The position numbers and the translations under genes were made by a program. A DNA stretch of 64,000 bases from the NCBI GenBank assembly GCA_001600695.1, contig BCKQ01000002.1, positions 1,776,201-1,840,200 on the forward strand. Direction: 5' to 3'. This document shows positions 45,535 to 57,580 of the stretch, in pieces. A model generated the notes under the pieces. The model was not told the DNA's origin. It saw nothing but the letters and a program-made list of their open reading frames with translations, and did no database searches. Within the stretch, counting starts at the first letter, position 1; each line of letters starts with the position of its first letter. The DNA is from Ascoidea asiatica JCM 7603. Taxonomy: Eukaryota > Fungi > Ascomycota.

Positions 45535-46217
45535 AAACTTATTCAAAACAATCACAAAAAACTTTGCTTTTAGTTAAGTTTCTATTTCATTTCTTCTAAT
45601 TTTTTTTCTATTTTTTACCTTAATAATATAATTAATTATTACTTATAATAATTGAATGACTTTTTCTTCAAAATTTTACAGCTTTTTAATAAAAAAACCT
45701 AAACTAATAAGTTAATAACGATTAGAATGATAAAAAAAATTGTATATAATAAAAAAATATAAAAGGAAATAAACAAATACAAAAAAGTGTATATTATACA
45801 AGAAAATTTTTCATTTTCCAAGGAAGATCTATATAGAAAAAAAAGATAATTTATTTTACTTTTTCTTTTATGTTTTTTTATTTTCTTTTGATGCAAATTA
45901 AATTTTAAAAAAGGATGAGATATAAATATAGTACTGAATAGAAATGCAAAATATGTTAAAAGAAATTTAATGAGTTTGATTGATTTGATTTAAGGATACT
46001 TAGATGAGCAAACTAAAATTTGCAATCAAATTATTAATAGAGGGATTAGTAAGTAAGTAAAGGAGGAAGGGAAAAAAAAAAAAGAACTTCTCTTTTTCTT
46101 TTTTTTCTGGTTAGTGATTAAATGTAATATATTATTAGTGTTTTAGTTTTTTTTTTTTGGTTTTTAATTTTTGATTTTTGGAGTGATTTGAAATTTTTAA
46201 AAATCAAAAATTTTGAT

Positions 46218-48212
46218 CTAATCATCTTGATCTAAAGAATAATTTTTTTTACAAAGTTTTGCTCTTAAATTAGCACCATATTTATAAAAGACAAAAGGAA
46301 TTAAAGCCATTGCAGTTGCAACAAAAGCTAATAACCAACTTGCCCATTGTAAACCTAAACCATGATACATTTGAGTTGTAAATAAAGGAAAAGCAGCACC
46401 ACCAGCAGATCTTAAAAATACTTTACAAGCTAAAGCCGAAGCAGAATATAAAGCATAAGTATCAATAATATAATTATTAATTGAATAATAAATTAAAACC
46501 ATACCATAACCAAAAGCAATACCAGAAGAAGCAGGACCAACCCAAATTATATGTTTATAAGAAGTTGCACCTAAGATAAATAAAGCAATTGCAGGAAATG
46601 GAGAACCAATCATTGCACCAACTAATCTATCTTCAGGAGTTGGATTTCTACGTTTTGACATTGCCATATAACTTTTTTCAATCATTGGAGCAGTTACTAA
46701 AGCAAAAATAGCACCGATAAGAATTGGTATAAACATTAAACCAACAATACCATCATTATAACCATATAATTCAGTAAAAATAACAGGATAAGCGAAAAAA
46801 AAAGCATATAAAAGTGAATAAATTAAACAAACATATCCACACATTAAATCTAAAACAGGTTCACTTATAACAAAATACAATGGACGTATAAGACAAGTTT
46901 TAATAATTTCAATTAAAGTTATATTTTGAGATTCTTGTTCAGTCATAATTTTTTGATTACCAGTTGATTTTCTTAAACTTCTTGCTTTAATTTTTAAAAT
47001 TACTGGAGAATAAGTTTCAGGTATAAAAGCAGTTATTATCCACATTACACCACAAAAACCCATATTAACCCAAAGTAATAAACTTTCATTTTTTGTTTTA
47101 ACATTAATCCAACCACTAATTATTGGACCCCAAGTTGCACCAGCATATGGACAAAATGCAAAAGCACTAATAGCTAAACCTCTTGTTTCTTGTGGAAACA
47201 TATCAGCAATTGAACCACCAACTAAAGTTAAAGCAGAAGAAGCAAAAACACCACAAATAAATCTTGAAATTAATAAACCAGTTATATTTGGAGATAAAGC
47301 ACATGGTATATTTAAAATTGTATAAAAACCTAAAGAAATAAAATAAACCCATCTTCTACCAATTTGTTCAGATAAAGGAGCCCAAACTAAAGGTCCAAAA
47401 GAAAAACCTAAGACCATTAATGAAACAGATAAAGTTGAAACTTCAGTTGATACATGAAATTTATCATTTAAAGAAGATAAACCACCAGCAGTACAAGCAG
47501 AACCAAAAGCAACAGAAATTACAAGTAAAGATAATAAAAAAGTATATAACCATCTTATAGAATATGACCAATTATGAGGATTTGAAGGATCATTAATTGT
47601 AAAAGTAACAAATTCAATTTCAGGATCAATTAATGGAAATTCTTTTTCTTTTTCTTCTTCTTTTAATTCTTCTTCTTCTTCTTCAGTTGATAATCTTGTT
47701 CTTGTTAAATGAGCAGTTCTTATTCTTGAAAGATTAGTTTGAGTTCTACCAATGGAGATAATTGTATGAACAGGAACTAAACCAGTTTCAGTTTCTAAAG
47801 TATATTCTTCTGGAAATATTGGAATTTTATTTGTTATTGGGGAATTTATATCAGGTAATGGAGCTGAAGAAGTTAAACCAATTTCTCTTAAAGTTTCAAC
47901 AGTTTCAGTTTGAGTTAATTTAATTTTATTTTGAGTTGAAGATCTTGAAATAATTTGAGAAATTTCAGATTGAGCATCTTCATTTTGATATAATTGAGAA
48001 GGTATAAAAGCTTGTGGAGTATTTAAATCTTGAAATTCTGAATTTATAGAATCATTATCATTATCATCGATAATATTATTATTGTTATTGTTATTGTTAT
48101 TGATATTGTTATTGTTATTGTTGTTATTTATAGTTGAATTCAAATTAGAAGTTGAATTTGAAATTGAATTTGAATTTGAATTCGATTTTGAAAATGAATT
48201 TGAAGTTGACAT
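46218..48212 (-). CDS. TPO3: DHA1-family polyamine/H+ antiporter (Tpo2/Tpo3-like)
   Basis: FPEEYTLETETGLVP, DPSNPHNWS, WAPLSEQIGRR and PETYSPVIL motifs. Confidence 0.85.
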   Translation of the reverse strand: MSTSNSFSKSNSNSNSISNSTSNLNSTINNNNNNNNINNNNNNNNNIIDDNDNDSINSEFQDLNTPQAFIPSQLYQNEDAQSEISQIISRSSTQNKIKLTQTETVETLREIGLTSSAPLPDINSPITNKIPIFPEEYTLETETGLVPVHTIISIGRTQTNLSRIRTAHLTRTRLSTEEEEEELKEEEKEKEFPLIDPEIEFVTFTINDPSNPHNWSYSIRWLYTFLLSLLVISVAFGSACTAGGLSSLNDKFHVSTEVSTLSVSLMVLGFSFGPLVWAPLSEQIGRRWVYFISLGFYTILNIPCALSPNITGLLISRFICGVFASSALTLVGGSIADMFPQETRGLAISAFAFCPYAGATWGPIISGWINVKTKNESLLLWVNMGFCGVMWIITAFIPETYSPVILKIKARSLRKSTGNQKIMTEQESQNITLIEIIKTCLIRPLYFVISEPVLDLMCGYVCLIYSLLYAFFFAYPVIFTELYGYNDGIVGLMFIPILIGAIFALVTAPMIEKSYMAMSKRRNPTPEDRLVGAMIGSPFPAIALFILGATSYKHIIWVGPASSGIAFGYGMVLIYYSINNYIIDTYALYSASALACKVFLRSAGGAAFPLFTTQMYHGLGLQWASWLLAFVATAMALIPFVFYKYGANLRAKLCKKNYSLDQDD

Positions 48213-49111
48213 TTTTGAAATATAATTTATTTATAATTATAATATACAATGGGTATTATTGAATGTAAATATATACTTGATTATATATAAATATATGGGT
48301 ATATATGATTGTATATGAATGTAATTAATATAAATAATATATAGATAGAGTTAAAAAAAAAGTATGAGAAATACTTAAGATATTTATACAAAATGAATAA
48401 AGACCAAAAAGTAATACTAAAAATTTTTAAGTATGGAAAATATTTAAAGAGGGATTAAGCTTAAGGATAATTGAGTAAATGAAATGACATGAACAAATAA
48501 AAAAAAAAAAGATAGTTAATGGATAAATAATAGATAAATAATAATTTATTGAAGGATAATAGAGAAATGATAGACAGTTGGAATATAAATTTTTTTTATT
48601 TATTAATGGAGTGATGACCTTTGAGCACAAATAAATCAGGACTGAACTAAAATTAATCAGGAAAATGTACAAATTTTGTATATTTGAAAGAATTTGAAAT
48701 ATTTGTAAATAAATATTAAAGTAAAGATCTAAAACTAAATATATTTTTTTTGTTATTTTATATTTTTTGAGGACTAAGCAACACACAATTAGTTTCAACC
48801 TTCAACCTTCAACAGCATGGCTGGAATCAAAAGGAAAGTTCTTCATTTCACTTCTTTTCTTTCTTATTTTATTTCCTGTTTGCTCAGTTTCTTTCTTCAT
48901 TTGACCATTTCTGTTCCTTTTCATTCATTTTCATTCCTTTTCATTCATTTCTTTTGCCTGTTTTTTGCCTCTCTTTCTTGGTTCTAATGAAATTCGACGT
49001 GGATTTGATTCAAATTGACTTATTTTTGTTATTCGCTCGAGTTCTGGAAAATAAAAAAATAAATTCTATCAAAGCGAGATAAACAAAAAAAGAGTGTTGA
49101 GTTTGTACCCG

Positions 49112-49180
49112 AGTGGCGATCCAGTGGCGATCCAGTGGCGAGCCAGTGGCAAGTGAATGGCGAGTGGATGGGCAAGTGGC
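49112..49180 (+). repeat. 11-bp-period AGTGGC repeat (AGTGGCGATCC) in a GC island upstream of TPO3
   Basis: AGTGGC at 49112, 49123, 49134 and 49145, with decayed copies to 49180. Confidence 0.8.
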
Positions 49181-50027
49181 AACTCGCCGCCAACAACGCG
49201 CGCAGAAGCGCCCCTGCCTTTTCAAGCCGCGGCCTGTTTTTGCGCAGCGTACAGTGCGCCACGGCATTTTTTCCGGGATTGCCACCGGGTAAGCCTCCTT
49301 CGGTGCACGCTGTGCGCTGGAAGTGGCTGGTGTAACGGGATCCGCGCGAATTAACTGGCTTCTGACTGCCTTGCCTGACTGGGCCCTGCCGATTCGCCAG
49401 GACACAAAGCCAGATTCCAGGACACTCCCGGACGCAAATAATAAAATCTTGGGATCCAGCTTCTTTAATGGCTCATTTCAATTATTTTCTTTGATTTAAC
49501 CGTAAGAATTTAATTTATTCAAAGTCCTTTTTTTATCTTTTTATCCCTGGATGAGAAAAAAAAAAATTTCCAATAAATTTTCAATTGAGTTTGAAAAATT
49601 ATTCTCAAAAGTCTATTTTAAAATATTTTGTAAGAAGAAAAAATGAAATTTAACTTGAAAAAAAATTCTTGTTTACGTCTGAGCCTGTCATTTTGAAAAA
49701 TTGTAATTTCAATTATTTTCGTTTTCATTTTCTTATTATTTTATTATTTCTCATTTGATAAATATTTGGTTAAATATCTCTTTAATTCTCTCGTTAAATC
49801 AATCTATGGATTTTTCTTTGGATAATTCTTTGGATAGTTCTTTTGTGAAAAAAATTTTGGGCCAATAAATATCAGCCGTTTAAAACACCTTAAAGGTTAT
49901 TTAATCATATTCATTTATTTATTATTATATTAAAAATAGTTTTTTTTTTTCTCTTATTCAATTTTTATATACATAAATTTCACTTTTATTTAATTTCATT
50001 TCATTTCATATCACTTTTTATCACTTT

Positions 50028-53000
50028 TTATCTCCAATATCTTATTGATTCTTGATTTGGTATTAATAATCGATTTTTTTGTAATGATAAAACTGTTTCA
50101 ATTTTATTTAATGCAATTTCTAACATTTCTTTTCTTTCTTGTAATTCAATATGTCTTTTAATTCTATTATCTTCTTTTGCTATTTTCTCTATTAATTCTT
50201 TTGATAAACTATTTATACTTAATCTTTGATCTAAATCTCTTGGAAAATTTAAATAAAAATCATTTAATAATTCAACATTTAAAAATAATATTGAAGTTTC
50301 TGTTAATTTATTAACAACTGAATTTAAAAAAATTTCTGGACATTTATATTTATTTTCTTTTTTACTACATTCTTTACTCTTAATTTCAATTAATCTCATT
50401 TTAATTAAATTACATCTATCCTTTAAAAAAATTGCTTCTTTACCTCTTTGTAATAATGTTGCTGAAAATGCTAATGATTCTTTATCTATTTTTATTATAT
50501 CTTTTCTTTCTCTTCTTTCCCTTTCTCTTCTTTCTCTTTCTTTTATTCTATCTTCTATACTACTATTATTACCACTATTATTATTATCACTAGAAATATT
50601 ATTATTATTATTATTTTTAAAATCACTTTGTAAATAATTTATAACTTGATTTAATTTTCTATTTCCAATATTTTTCTTTAATTCTTCATAACTTTCTTTA
50701 CATTGTTTTAATTCTTCATTTAATAATTTAATTGTATGAATTTTACTATTATCCCATTCTCTATCTTCTAATTCAATTTCAAATTTATATGGTTTTATAC
50801 AATTTTCAACTTGATCTGCAGTTGAATAATATCTTGAATTTAAAACTGAAATTGCTGAATTTATAATTATATCTTTTGCAATTAAATGATTTTTAAAATT
50901 TGTTATATTTATAATATTATTAACTTCATCTAAAATTGAATTTGTTATTAATGTTGTTGACATTCTACCAATTCCACATTTTGTTAATGATGATACTGTT
51001 AAATCTAATTTTTTATGCCAATAAATATCATCTTCATCTGAATTTTTTAAATCTTTTAACATATTTAAATTTTCTTGATATCTATCTTCAATTTCATTAC
51101 CACCATTATTATAATTACTTATACCAACAATACCAGTACCAGTACTTAAATTTGAATTTGAAGATAAATTTAATTTAGAATTAGAATTTGAATTTATATT
51201 TATAAAATCTGAATAATTATTATTTAAAATATTTGGTGGTTTATTCCAATATCTTAATGCTAATAAATCTAAAACTTTTTGATCTAATTCACTTCTTAAT
51301 AATGATTTTAATTCATTTCTACCAAATTTTTCACTAAATTCTTTTATTGATAATTTTAATGAATCTAAAGTACTTGCTAAATAAATTTCTGGTGTTAATT
51401 CTCTATCATTGAATTCAACTTTAAATTTATATGATGTATCTTCTAATTCTTGTTGAACTGCATCATGTGTTGGTATTAATGAATTTGACATTGAATTTTC
51501 TAAAATTTTAATTAATTTTTTTTTTAAAATTTTTGTACCAACATTACAATTTTTAAAATAGTCATTATTTTTAGTTTTAAAAAATTCTTCTTCATTTTTT
51601 TTTAAATTATTAAATAATTCAATATTATCATTAAAATTATTATTATTATTTTTTTTTAAAAATAAAATTGATGATGAATTTGTTTGTTTTTTTGGTAATT
51701 TTGTTATAACTCCAACATATCCCATTTTTAATGGATATTTTCTATTATTTAAAATTTCTTTACCATAATTTGGTTCAATTAAATCCATTTTTGTTATAAC
51801 TCCAATAGTTCTTTCACCATTTGGATCAATTAATTTTGCAGCTTGTAAAGCTGATGAATTTGCTAAATCAACATCTGCAGAAGATATTGCTAAGATTATA
51901 TTTGGTTGTTTTAAATATTTCATACAAAGTTCTTTAATTTTATTTTTTAATTCAATTGGTTGATCTTCAGATTGAATTTGTATATAACCAGGTAAATCAA
52001 CTAAAGTTAAATCTGGAATTGTTGAAGATTTTATTGTTAATCTTATTGGATCATCACTTATAGCTTTATTTGAAGGTACAGCTAAATTTAATTCAAATAA
52101 AATTCTTGAAACTTCATTAAAATCTGTTAATTTATCAATTTTTAAATCTGGAAATTCAGCAATTTGTAAATTTTTTAAATTTTTATCATTAATTAAAGTT
52201 AATTCTATTGGTCTTCTTGTTACCATATTATTACCTTTTGGTAAAAATTCTTGTCCAACAATTGATTCTAAAACAGATGATTTACCAGATGATTGAGAAC
52301 CAATTACAATTATTGATGGTAATCTTAAAGAATCAGTTTTATCAATTTTACTTAATAAATTTCTAATTTCTATCATTTGTCTTGTTAAATTTAATATTTG
52401 TTCATCTGTATTATCTTTTTCAATTAAATCATTGATAATATTATTATTGTTATTATTATTATTATTACCGTTAGTTGAAGTAGTATCAGATAATGAGTCT
52501 GGATCTGTTGATAAACCTAAAGCAGCACTTGTCACAGCTGCTAGATTTATATTATCATTATTATTGTTATTATTATCACCGTTATTGTTATTGTTACTAT
52601 TATTTTTATCATTATTTTGATTCGAATTTGATTTTGAATTTAAATCAGATTTAAATTGATCCATTTTATCACCAACTTGCAGTTGAATAGATTTGAAAAA
52701 ATCTATACTTGAATCTTTTAAATTTATAGCACCATTTAAAAAATCATCTTTATAATCATTAAATTGATCAAATTTATCTTTTGTATAATTTGAAGCTTGT
52801 TCAACTTTATAAGCTATATAAGTACCACCAGCAGCTAAACCACCACCAACAGCTATTGGAATTCTAATTAATCTACCAAATAATTTTGGTATAGTTGAAG
52901 CTATTGAAAAAGGTCTAATTAACATTGGATTGAAAATCCCGGAAGATAATGAAAGATTTCTATTAGATATTAAAATATATGAATTTTTAAAATTATTTGA

Positions 53001-53237
53001 AATATGTAATAATTGATTAGCATTTTGAAAATTATTTAAATTATTGAAACTATTTGAATTTCTAAATTTGAAATAATTTGAATTACTTGAATAATTTCTA
53101 GAATATGAAGTATTTAATTGATTTAAATTTTTTCGAATTTTAATTTTTTGATAAAATTGTTTTAAATTTATATTTTGATTTTGAAGTTTATGAAGTTCAT
53201 GAAGTCCATGATTTTTGGACAAAACTGAATTAAACAT
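50028..53237 (-). CDS. MGM1: Mitochondrial dynamin-like fusion GTPase
   Basis: Presequence and TM segment, GSQSSGKSSVLE, MVTRRPIEL, DLPGY, TKMD, TADQVENCIKPYK. Confidence 0.94.
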   Translation of the reverse strand: MFNSVLSKNHGLHELHKLQNQNINLKQFYQKIKIRKNLNQLNTSYSRNYSSNSNYFKFRNSNSFNNLNNFQNANQLLHISNNFKNSYILISNRNLSLSSGIFNPMLIRPFSIASTIPKLFGRLIRIPIAVGGGLAAGGTYIAYKVEQASNYTKDKFDQFNDYKDDFLNGAINLKDSSIDFFKSIQLQVGDKMDQFKSDLNSKSNSNQNNDKNNSNNNNNGDNNNNNNDNINLAAVTSAALGLSTDPDSLSDTTSTNGNNNNNNNNNIINDLIEKDNTDEQILNLTRQMIEIRNLLSKIDKTDSLRLPSIIVIGSQSSGKSSVLESIVGQEFLPKGNNMVTRRPIELTLINDKNLKNLQIAEFPDLKIDKLTDFNEVSRILFELNLAVPSNKAISDDPIRLTIKSSTIPDLTLVDLPGYIQIQSEDQPIELKNKIKELCMKYLKQPNIILAISSADVDLANSSALQAAKLIDPNGERTIGVITKMDLIEPNYGKEILNNRKYPLKMGYVGVITKLPKKQTNSSSILFLKKNNNNNFNDNIELFNNLKKNEEEFFKTKNNDYFKNCNVGTKILKKKLIKILENSMSNSLIPTHDAVQQELEDTSYKFKVEFNDRELTPEIYLASTLDSLKLSIKEFSEKFGRNELKSLLRSELDQKVLDLLALRYWNKPPNILNNNYSDFININSNSNSKLNLSSNSNLSTGTGIVGISNYNNGGNEIEDRYQENLNMLKDLKNSDEDDIYWHKKLDLTVSSLTKCGIGRMSTTLITNSILDEVNNIINITNFKNHLIAKDIIINSAISVLNSRYYSTADQVENCIKPYKFEIELEDREWDNSKIHTIKLLNEELKQCKESYEELKKNIGNRKLNQVINYLQSDFKNNNNNNISSDNNNSGNNSSIEDRIKERERRERERRERKDIIKIDKESLAFSATLLQRGKEAIFLKDRCNLIKMRLIEIKSKECSKKENKYKCPEIFLNSVVNKLTETSILFLNVELLNDFYLNFPRDLDQRLSINSLSKELIEKIAKEDNRIKRHIELQERKEMLEIALNKIETVLSLQKNRLLIPNQESIRYWR

Positions 53238-54062
53238 TGTTATGTTATATTAGATGAATGAAATTGATATCAAAATGGGTCATGAGAATACAAAATATAA
53301 AAGATTATACTCTAGCAACTTGATCATTTGATTGATTTGATATGCTAAGAACATTTATAAAATACGAAGATGTAAATATTTATTTATTTTTTAATATATC
53401 ATCAATCAATTCACTCTTTGCCTATTTGATTATTATCTGAGCTCTGAGATCTGGTTATCAGCTTGAAAACATCAGATCATAACAAAACACTGGTCACGTG
53501 AAAATACTGTATCCTAATGTATGAATTACATTGAAGTACACAAGAAAAAAATAATATGCATTAGTATACATCCGGTATAATCCGGCTTATAATCCATATC
53601 CGGTACCAGAAATTCTATTTTCTTAATCCAAAAATTTCCTTGCTAATCCGCAAATTTCAGGATTGATTGCGGATTAAACAAGATCCATGAACCTGGTTTC
53701 TGCCCTTGCTGAAGGGTGTAAATGCGAGTTAAAATCATCTCGATGAAGCAAGCTTATTCTGGGGATCAAAGTTATAAAACCTGGTGGTATATTTATTCTT
53801 CTTGCCATTATACTCTTTTTTTATTTCATTTCTATTCTTTTCAATTCAATTCAATTATAATCAATTCAAATATATTCATTTCAATTATATTCATTTCAAT
53901 TCTTTTTACTTTACTATATTCTAACTCCTTTTTTGTTTGTGTGAATTTCTTTCAAATCATTACAACAACAATCAACTTAATAAAGTTTATTCAATTTTTT
54001 TATCCAAAAATTAAAAATTAGATTACGTTTATTATTTATTCATATATCTCTTTTTTAAAAAT

Positions 54063-56072
54063 ATGTCAAATAATTTAAGTTTATTAGACTTAGGTGATGA
54101 TATAATTATAAATTATTTATTACCAGTTTTAGATATCAATTCAGTTAAAATTTTATTTTCAATTAAAAATAAAAGACTTCAATATTTATTAAATACAAAT
54201 TTATCTTCAAAACTTTTATATTTCTCAACTTTTAATGATAAACCACTTAATTTAATTGATTCAAATATAAATTGGGTAAATTTATATAATTCAAGATTAA
54301 ATTCAAAATTTTTCACTTGGGGTCAAAATTCTAATCATAGATTAGGCTATTCAACAAATGATTCTAATATTCCAACTGAAAATGTTTCAAGAGTTAGGTT
54401 TGCAAAAAATATTGTAAAACCTACAAATGTTTTAAATTTTAATAAAATTCAAATTAAACAAATTTCTTCAAGTGGTTATGGTTTTCAAATTTTATCAATA
54501 AATGGTATAATTTATTTAACTGGTAATAATTCTTCTTTTTACAATGAAATTCAAGATTCTATTCCATCAAATATTAAAGGTTTAGTTAATACATTTCAAT
54601 CTCATGATATGTCATCTTTATTTTCTTTAGGTAACTCAATTCAAAATGATCATAATTTAACTTCAACTCCAGAAAGAGAAAATAGATCAATTTTTCAATT
54701 TCCATTTAGAAGAGGTGGTGTTCGTTTACATGGTAGAAGAGCTCCTTTTACAAGAGCTCCTCCAATATCACCTCCAATAACAACAGCTACAGCTACATCT
54801 ACTGATCATAATTCTCACTCTCAATCTCAATCTCAATCAAATATCAAAGTTGATTTTGAATTAGATTCTGATGAATCTGATCCCATTGTTTCTGAAAATA
54901 CAATCAAAAAAGCTAAGATTCCAAGAAATTCAGAAAATAAAAATGATTATTTTATTCAAATTTCTAGTGGTAAAAATCAATTTATCGCTTTAGATAATAA
55001 AAATAATATATGGTATTGGAATAATATTAATCAAAAATTTGGTATTAAATTAAATTTCAAAAATAAAAAAAATACAAACAATTTAGTTTCAAAAAAAAAT
55101 AAAAATTTTATAATTTCAATTAAAGCAGGTTGGAATTTTAGTAGTTGTATAATATCAAATATTGGTTTAGTTATTTGGAATAGAAGAAAAAAATTTAATA
55201 ATCAAATTTGGTCTTCAAATTCAAGTGTTAAAGTTAATTATCAAATTATTTCAAATCAAAAAATTATTGATCATTGTTTTGGTGAAAATTATGTTATTTT
55301 TATTGATAAATCTGGAAAATTATTTAGAAAAAATCTAATTTTTAAAGATGATGATAATTATCCAGGTAATATTGATCAATATGATAATGAAGATAATAAT
55401 GAACAAAAAGAAAATGGCAATAAAGAAGAAGAAGAAGATCATGAAGATCATGATGATGAAGAGGAAACAGAACCAATTTCAAACAGAATTTATGAATTGA
55501 CTCCATTTAATGATTTTTTAAGAGAACATAATTGTAAATTTATTAAATTATTTGGTAATTATAAAACTTTTGTTGCAATAACTGATGATGAAGATGTATT
55601 AGTTGGTCATAAAGATAATTCTAATTATGAAAATATAATGAATTATAATTCAAGATTAGATATTGTATTCGACAGTTCAAATGATAATCAAAATACTGAT
55701 AATTATTTCCAAATTTTACCAGAATTACAAAAAAAAAGTTGTAATTCTGTTAGTATTGGTGATTGGCATAATATTGCTATATTTAATAATGGAGAAATAA
55801 TGAGTTGGGGAACAGATTCTCAAGAATGTGGATGTTTAGGACTTGGTTCATTTAATGAAGTTACTGAAAATGTTAAAAAACTTATAAAAAGTAAAAATAT
55901 AGAACCAACTCCAGAAAATATAAGAGAATACGTGGAAAGAACTGGTACTCAATTCAGAGTTCTAAGGCCTTTAAAGATTCAATTGCCAGGTTCTTGTTCA
56001 GGTCTTGCAATCACTGCTGCTGGTTGGCATTCTGGTGCTCTTATATCAGATCTCAAAGAAAACTACTCATAA
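54063..56072 (+). CDS. SAF1: F-box protein with RCC1-like repeats (SCF-associated factor)
   Basis: N-terminal LLDLGDDIIINYLLP F-box; TWGQN…RLG, SIGDWH, SWG…CGCLGLG, AAGWHSGAL. Confidence 0.8.
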   Translation: MSNNLSLLDLGDDIIINYLLPVLDINSVKILFSIKNKRLQYLLNTNLSSKLLYFSTFNDKPLNLIDSNINWVNLYNSRLNSKFFTWGQNSNHRLGYSTNDSNIPTENVSRVRFAKNIVKPTNVLNFNKIQIKQISSSGYGFQILSINGIIYLTGNNSSFYNEIQDSIPSNIKGLVNTFQSHDMSSLFSLGNSIQNDHNLTSTPERENRSIFQFPFRRGGVRLHGRRAPFTRAPPISPPITTATATSTDHNSHSQSQSQSNIKVDFELDSDESDPIVSENTIKKAKIPRNSENKNDYFIQISSGKNQFIALDNKNNIWYWNNINQKFGIKLNFKNKKNTNNLVSKKNKNFIISIKAGWNFSSCIISNIGLVIWNRRKKFNNQIWSSNSSVKVNYQIISNQKIIDHCFGENYVIFIDKSGKLFRKNLIFKDDDNYPGNIDQYDNEDNNEQKENGNKEEEEDHEDHDDEEETEPISNRIYELTPFNDFLREHNCKFIKLFGNYKTFVAITDDEDVLVGHKDNSNYENIMNYNSRLDIVFDSSNDNQNTDNYFQILPELQKKSCNSVSIGDWHNIAIFNNGEIMSWGTDSQECGCLGLGSFNEVTENVKKLIKSKNIEPTPENIREYVERTGTQFRVLRPLKIQLPGSCSGLAITAAGWHSGALISDLKENYS

Positions 56073-56444
56073 CCTTTTTTTTTTTGGGTTTTCTTTTATT
56101 TTTTTATTGATTTTTATATTGATTATAAAATTAAATAGAGTAATATATATTAATATACCCATAAAATCCATTTATTTTGTATTGTTCAAAATGATTAATT
56201 GTTTTGATTTAATTGAATTCGACTGTTAATTTCACAGAAATACGGGGAAAATAACTTCGCTTCCAAACAATAAAGTTTTTCCATAGTAATATGGGCATGG
56301 TTATTGCAATATAAACATTCAACTAAATTACTATATTATAATCAGTTTATTGCAATTCAATTTTGAATTATAATCAATCAATCAATCAATCATTCAATCA
56401 TTCATTCATTCAATCAATTGATAGGTAAATAACAGTAGTTGAAA

Positions 56445-57485
56445 ATGAAAGTTACTTTGCATCCTCTTGTTTTAATCGAAGTTAATGATTTCGTTTCCAG
56501 AACTTCAAGTGCTAATCTTAAACAAGAAAATTATATAGGAATTATCTTGGGAACATTTGATTCATCAAATATAGAAATTCACACAAGTTTTGAAATTCCT
56601 TTAATTGACAATATATTGATTGATGAAGATTATTTAAGTGTGAAACTAAAACTATCAAAAGAAGTTAGTGATTTTGAATTACTTGGATTTTATTCAATTA
56701 ATAATGATGAAAAAGGAAATTTAAATAATGAAAATAGTGAACAGGAATTTTATATCAAGGAAATTTATAATCAATTAATCAATAATCAAAATCTAAAAAA
56801 CGCCAGTAATGAATTTTTATTATTTTTAAATATAACATATGATGAAAAACCAGATATAAAAGTATTTTTATTAAAAGATTCAATTAAAGAAGAATTAGAA
56901 TATAATATTAAATCATTTAAATCCGAGAAAATTTCAATTGATACAATAATAAATAAGACAAATTTAAATTCTTTCTTAGCAACAAGTAATCTTTCAAATG
57001 ATAATGATAATGATTCAAAGAAAAATACTATTCAAGAAACAAGAAAAAAACAAGAGATTAAAAGTTTAAACAGTTTAAAAAGATTACTAGACGTTATTGA
57101 TGATAAAAAAAATTCATTATTAACTTTAAATGAACAAATAGATTCAATTATAGGTTATTTAAAGAAATTTGAAATATATACAGAAAAAAATGAAAATGAA
57201 AATGAAAATGAAAATAAGGATAATGAAGAAGCAAATGAAAAACAAGATGAAATAATTAGAAAAATTGGTCATTTAGTTGTTATTTTAAAACATAATCAAT
57301 CAAAAACAGCAAATAATAAAATTTATTCAAATGAAATATCTACAGAATCAAATATAATGAAATATAATTTAAATGTTTTAAATAATTTAACACTACTTTC
57401 CGAAAGTGTTTCGAAATTAGATGAATTATCAAATGGTAATAAAACAGTTTTAGCAAGTTTGAAGAAAAATACTCCATTTCACTAA
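56445..57485 (+). CDS. Non-catalytic MPN-domain protein, COP9 signalosome subunit 6-like
   Basis: ATG at 56445. VTLHPLVLIEVND, IGIILG, TSFEIP and LLGFYS motifs; no JAMM HxH motif. Confidence 0.65.
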   Translation: MKVTLHPLVLIEVNDFVSRTSSANLKQENYIGIILGTFDSSNIEIHTSFEIPLIDNILIDEDYLSVKLKLSKEVSDFELLGFYSINNDEKGNLNNENSEQEFYIKEIYNQLINNQNLKNASNEFLLFLNITYDEKPDIKVFLLKDSIKEELEYNIKSFKSEKISIDTIINKTNLNSFLATSNLSNDNDNDSKKNTIQETRKKQEIKSLNSLKRLLDVIDDKKNSLLTLNEQIDSIIGYLKKFEIYTEKNENENENENKDNEEANEKQDEIIRKIGHLVVILKHNQSKTANNKIYSNEISTESNIMKYNLNVLNNLTLLSESVSKLDELSNGNKTVLASLKKNTPFH

Positions 57486-57580
57486 TATATACAGTATATA
57501 TGTATTGTATATAAATTGATAAAAAGACAAGTATAAAAGTTTTTTTTTGTTTTTTTTTGTTTTTTTTTTGAGTATTATTA

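Noticed and set aside
49010-49405. Cluster of short ORFs upstream of TPO3 (and at 63472-63968)
   Set aside because: GC-island artefacts without recognisable domains.
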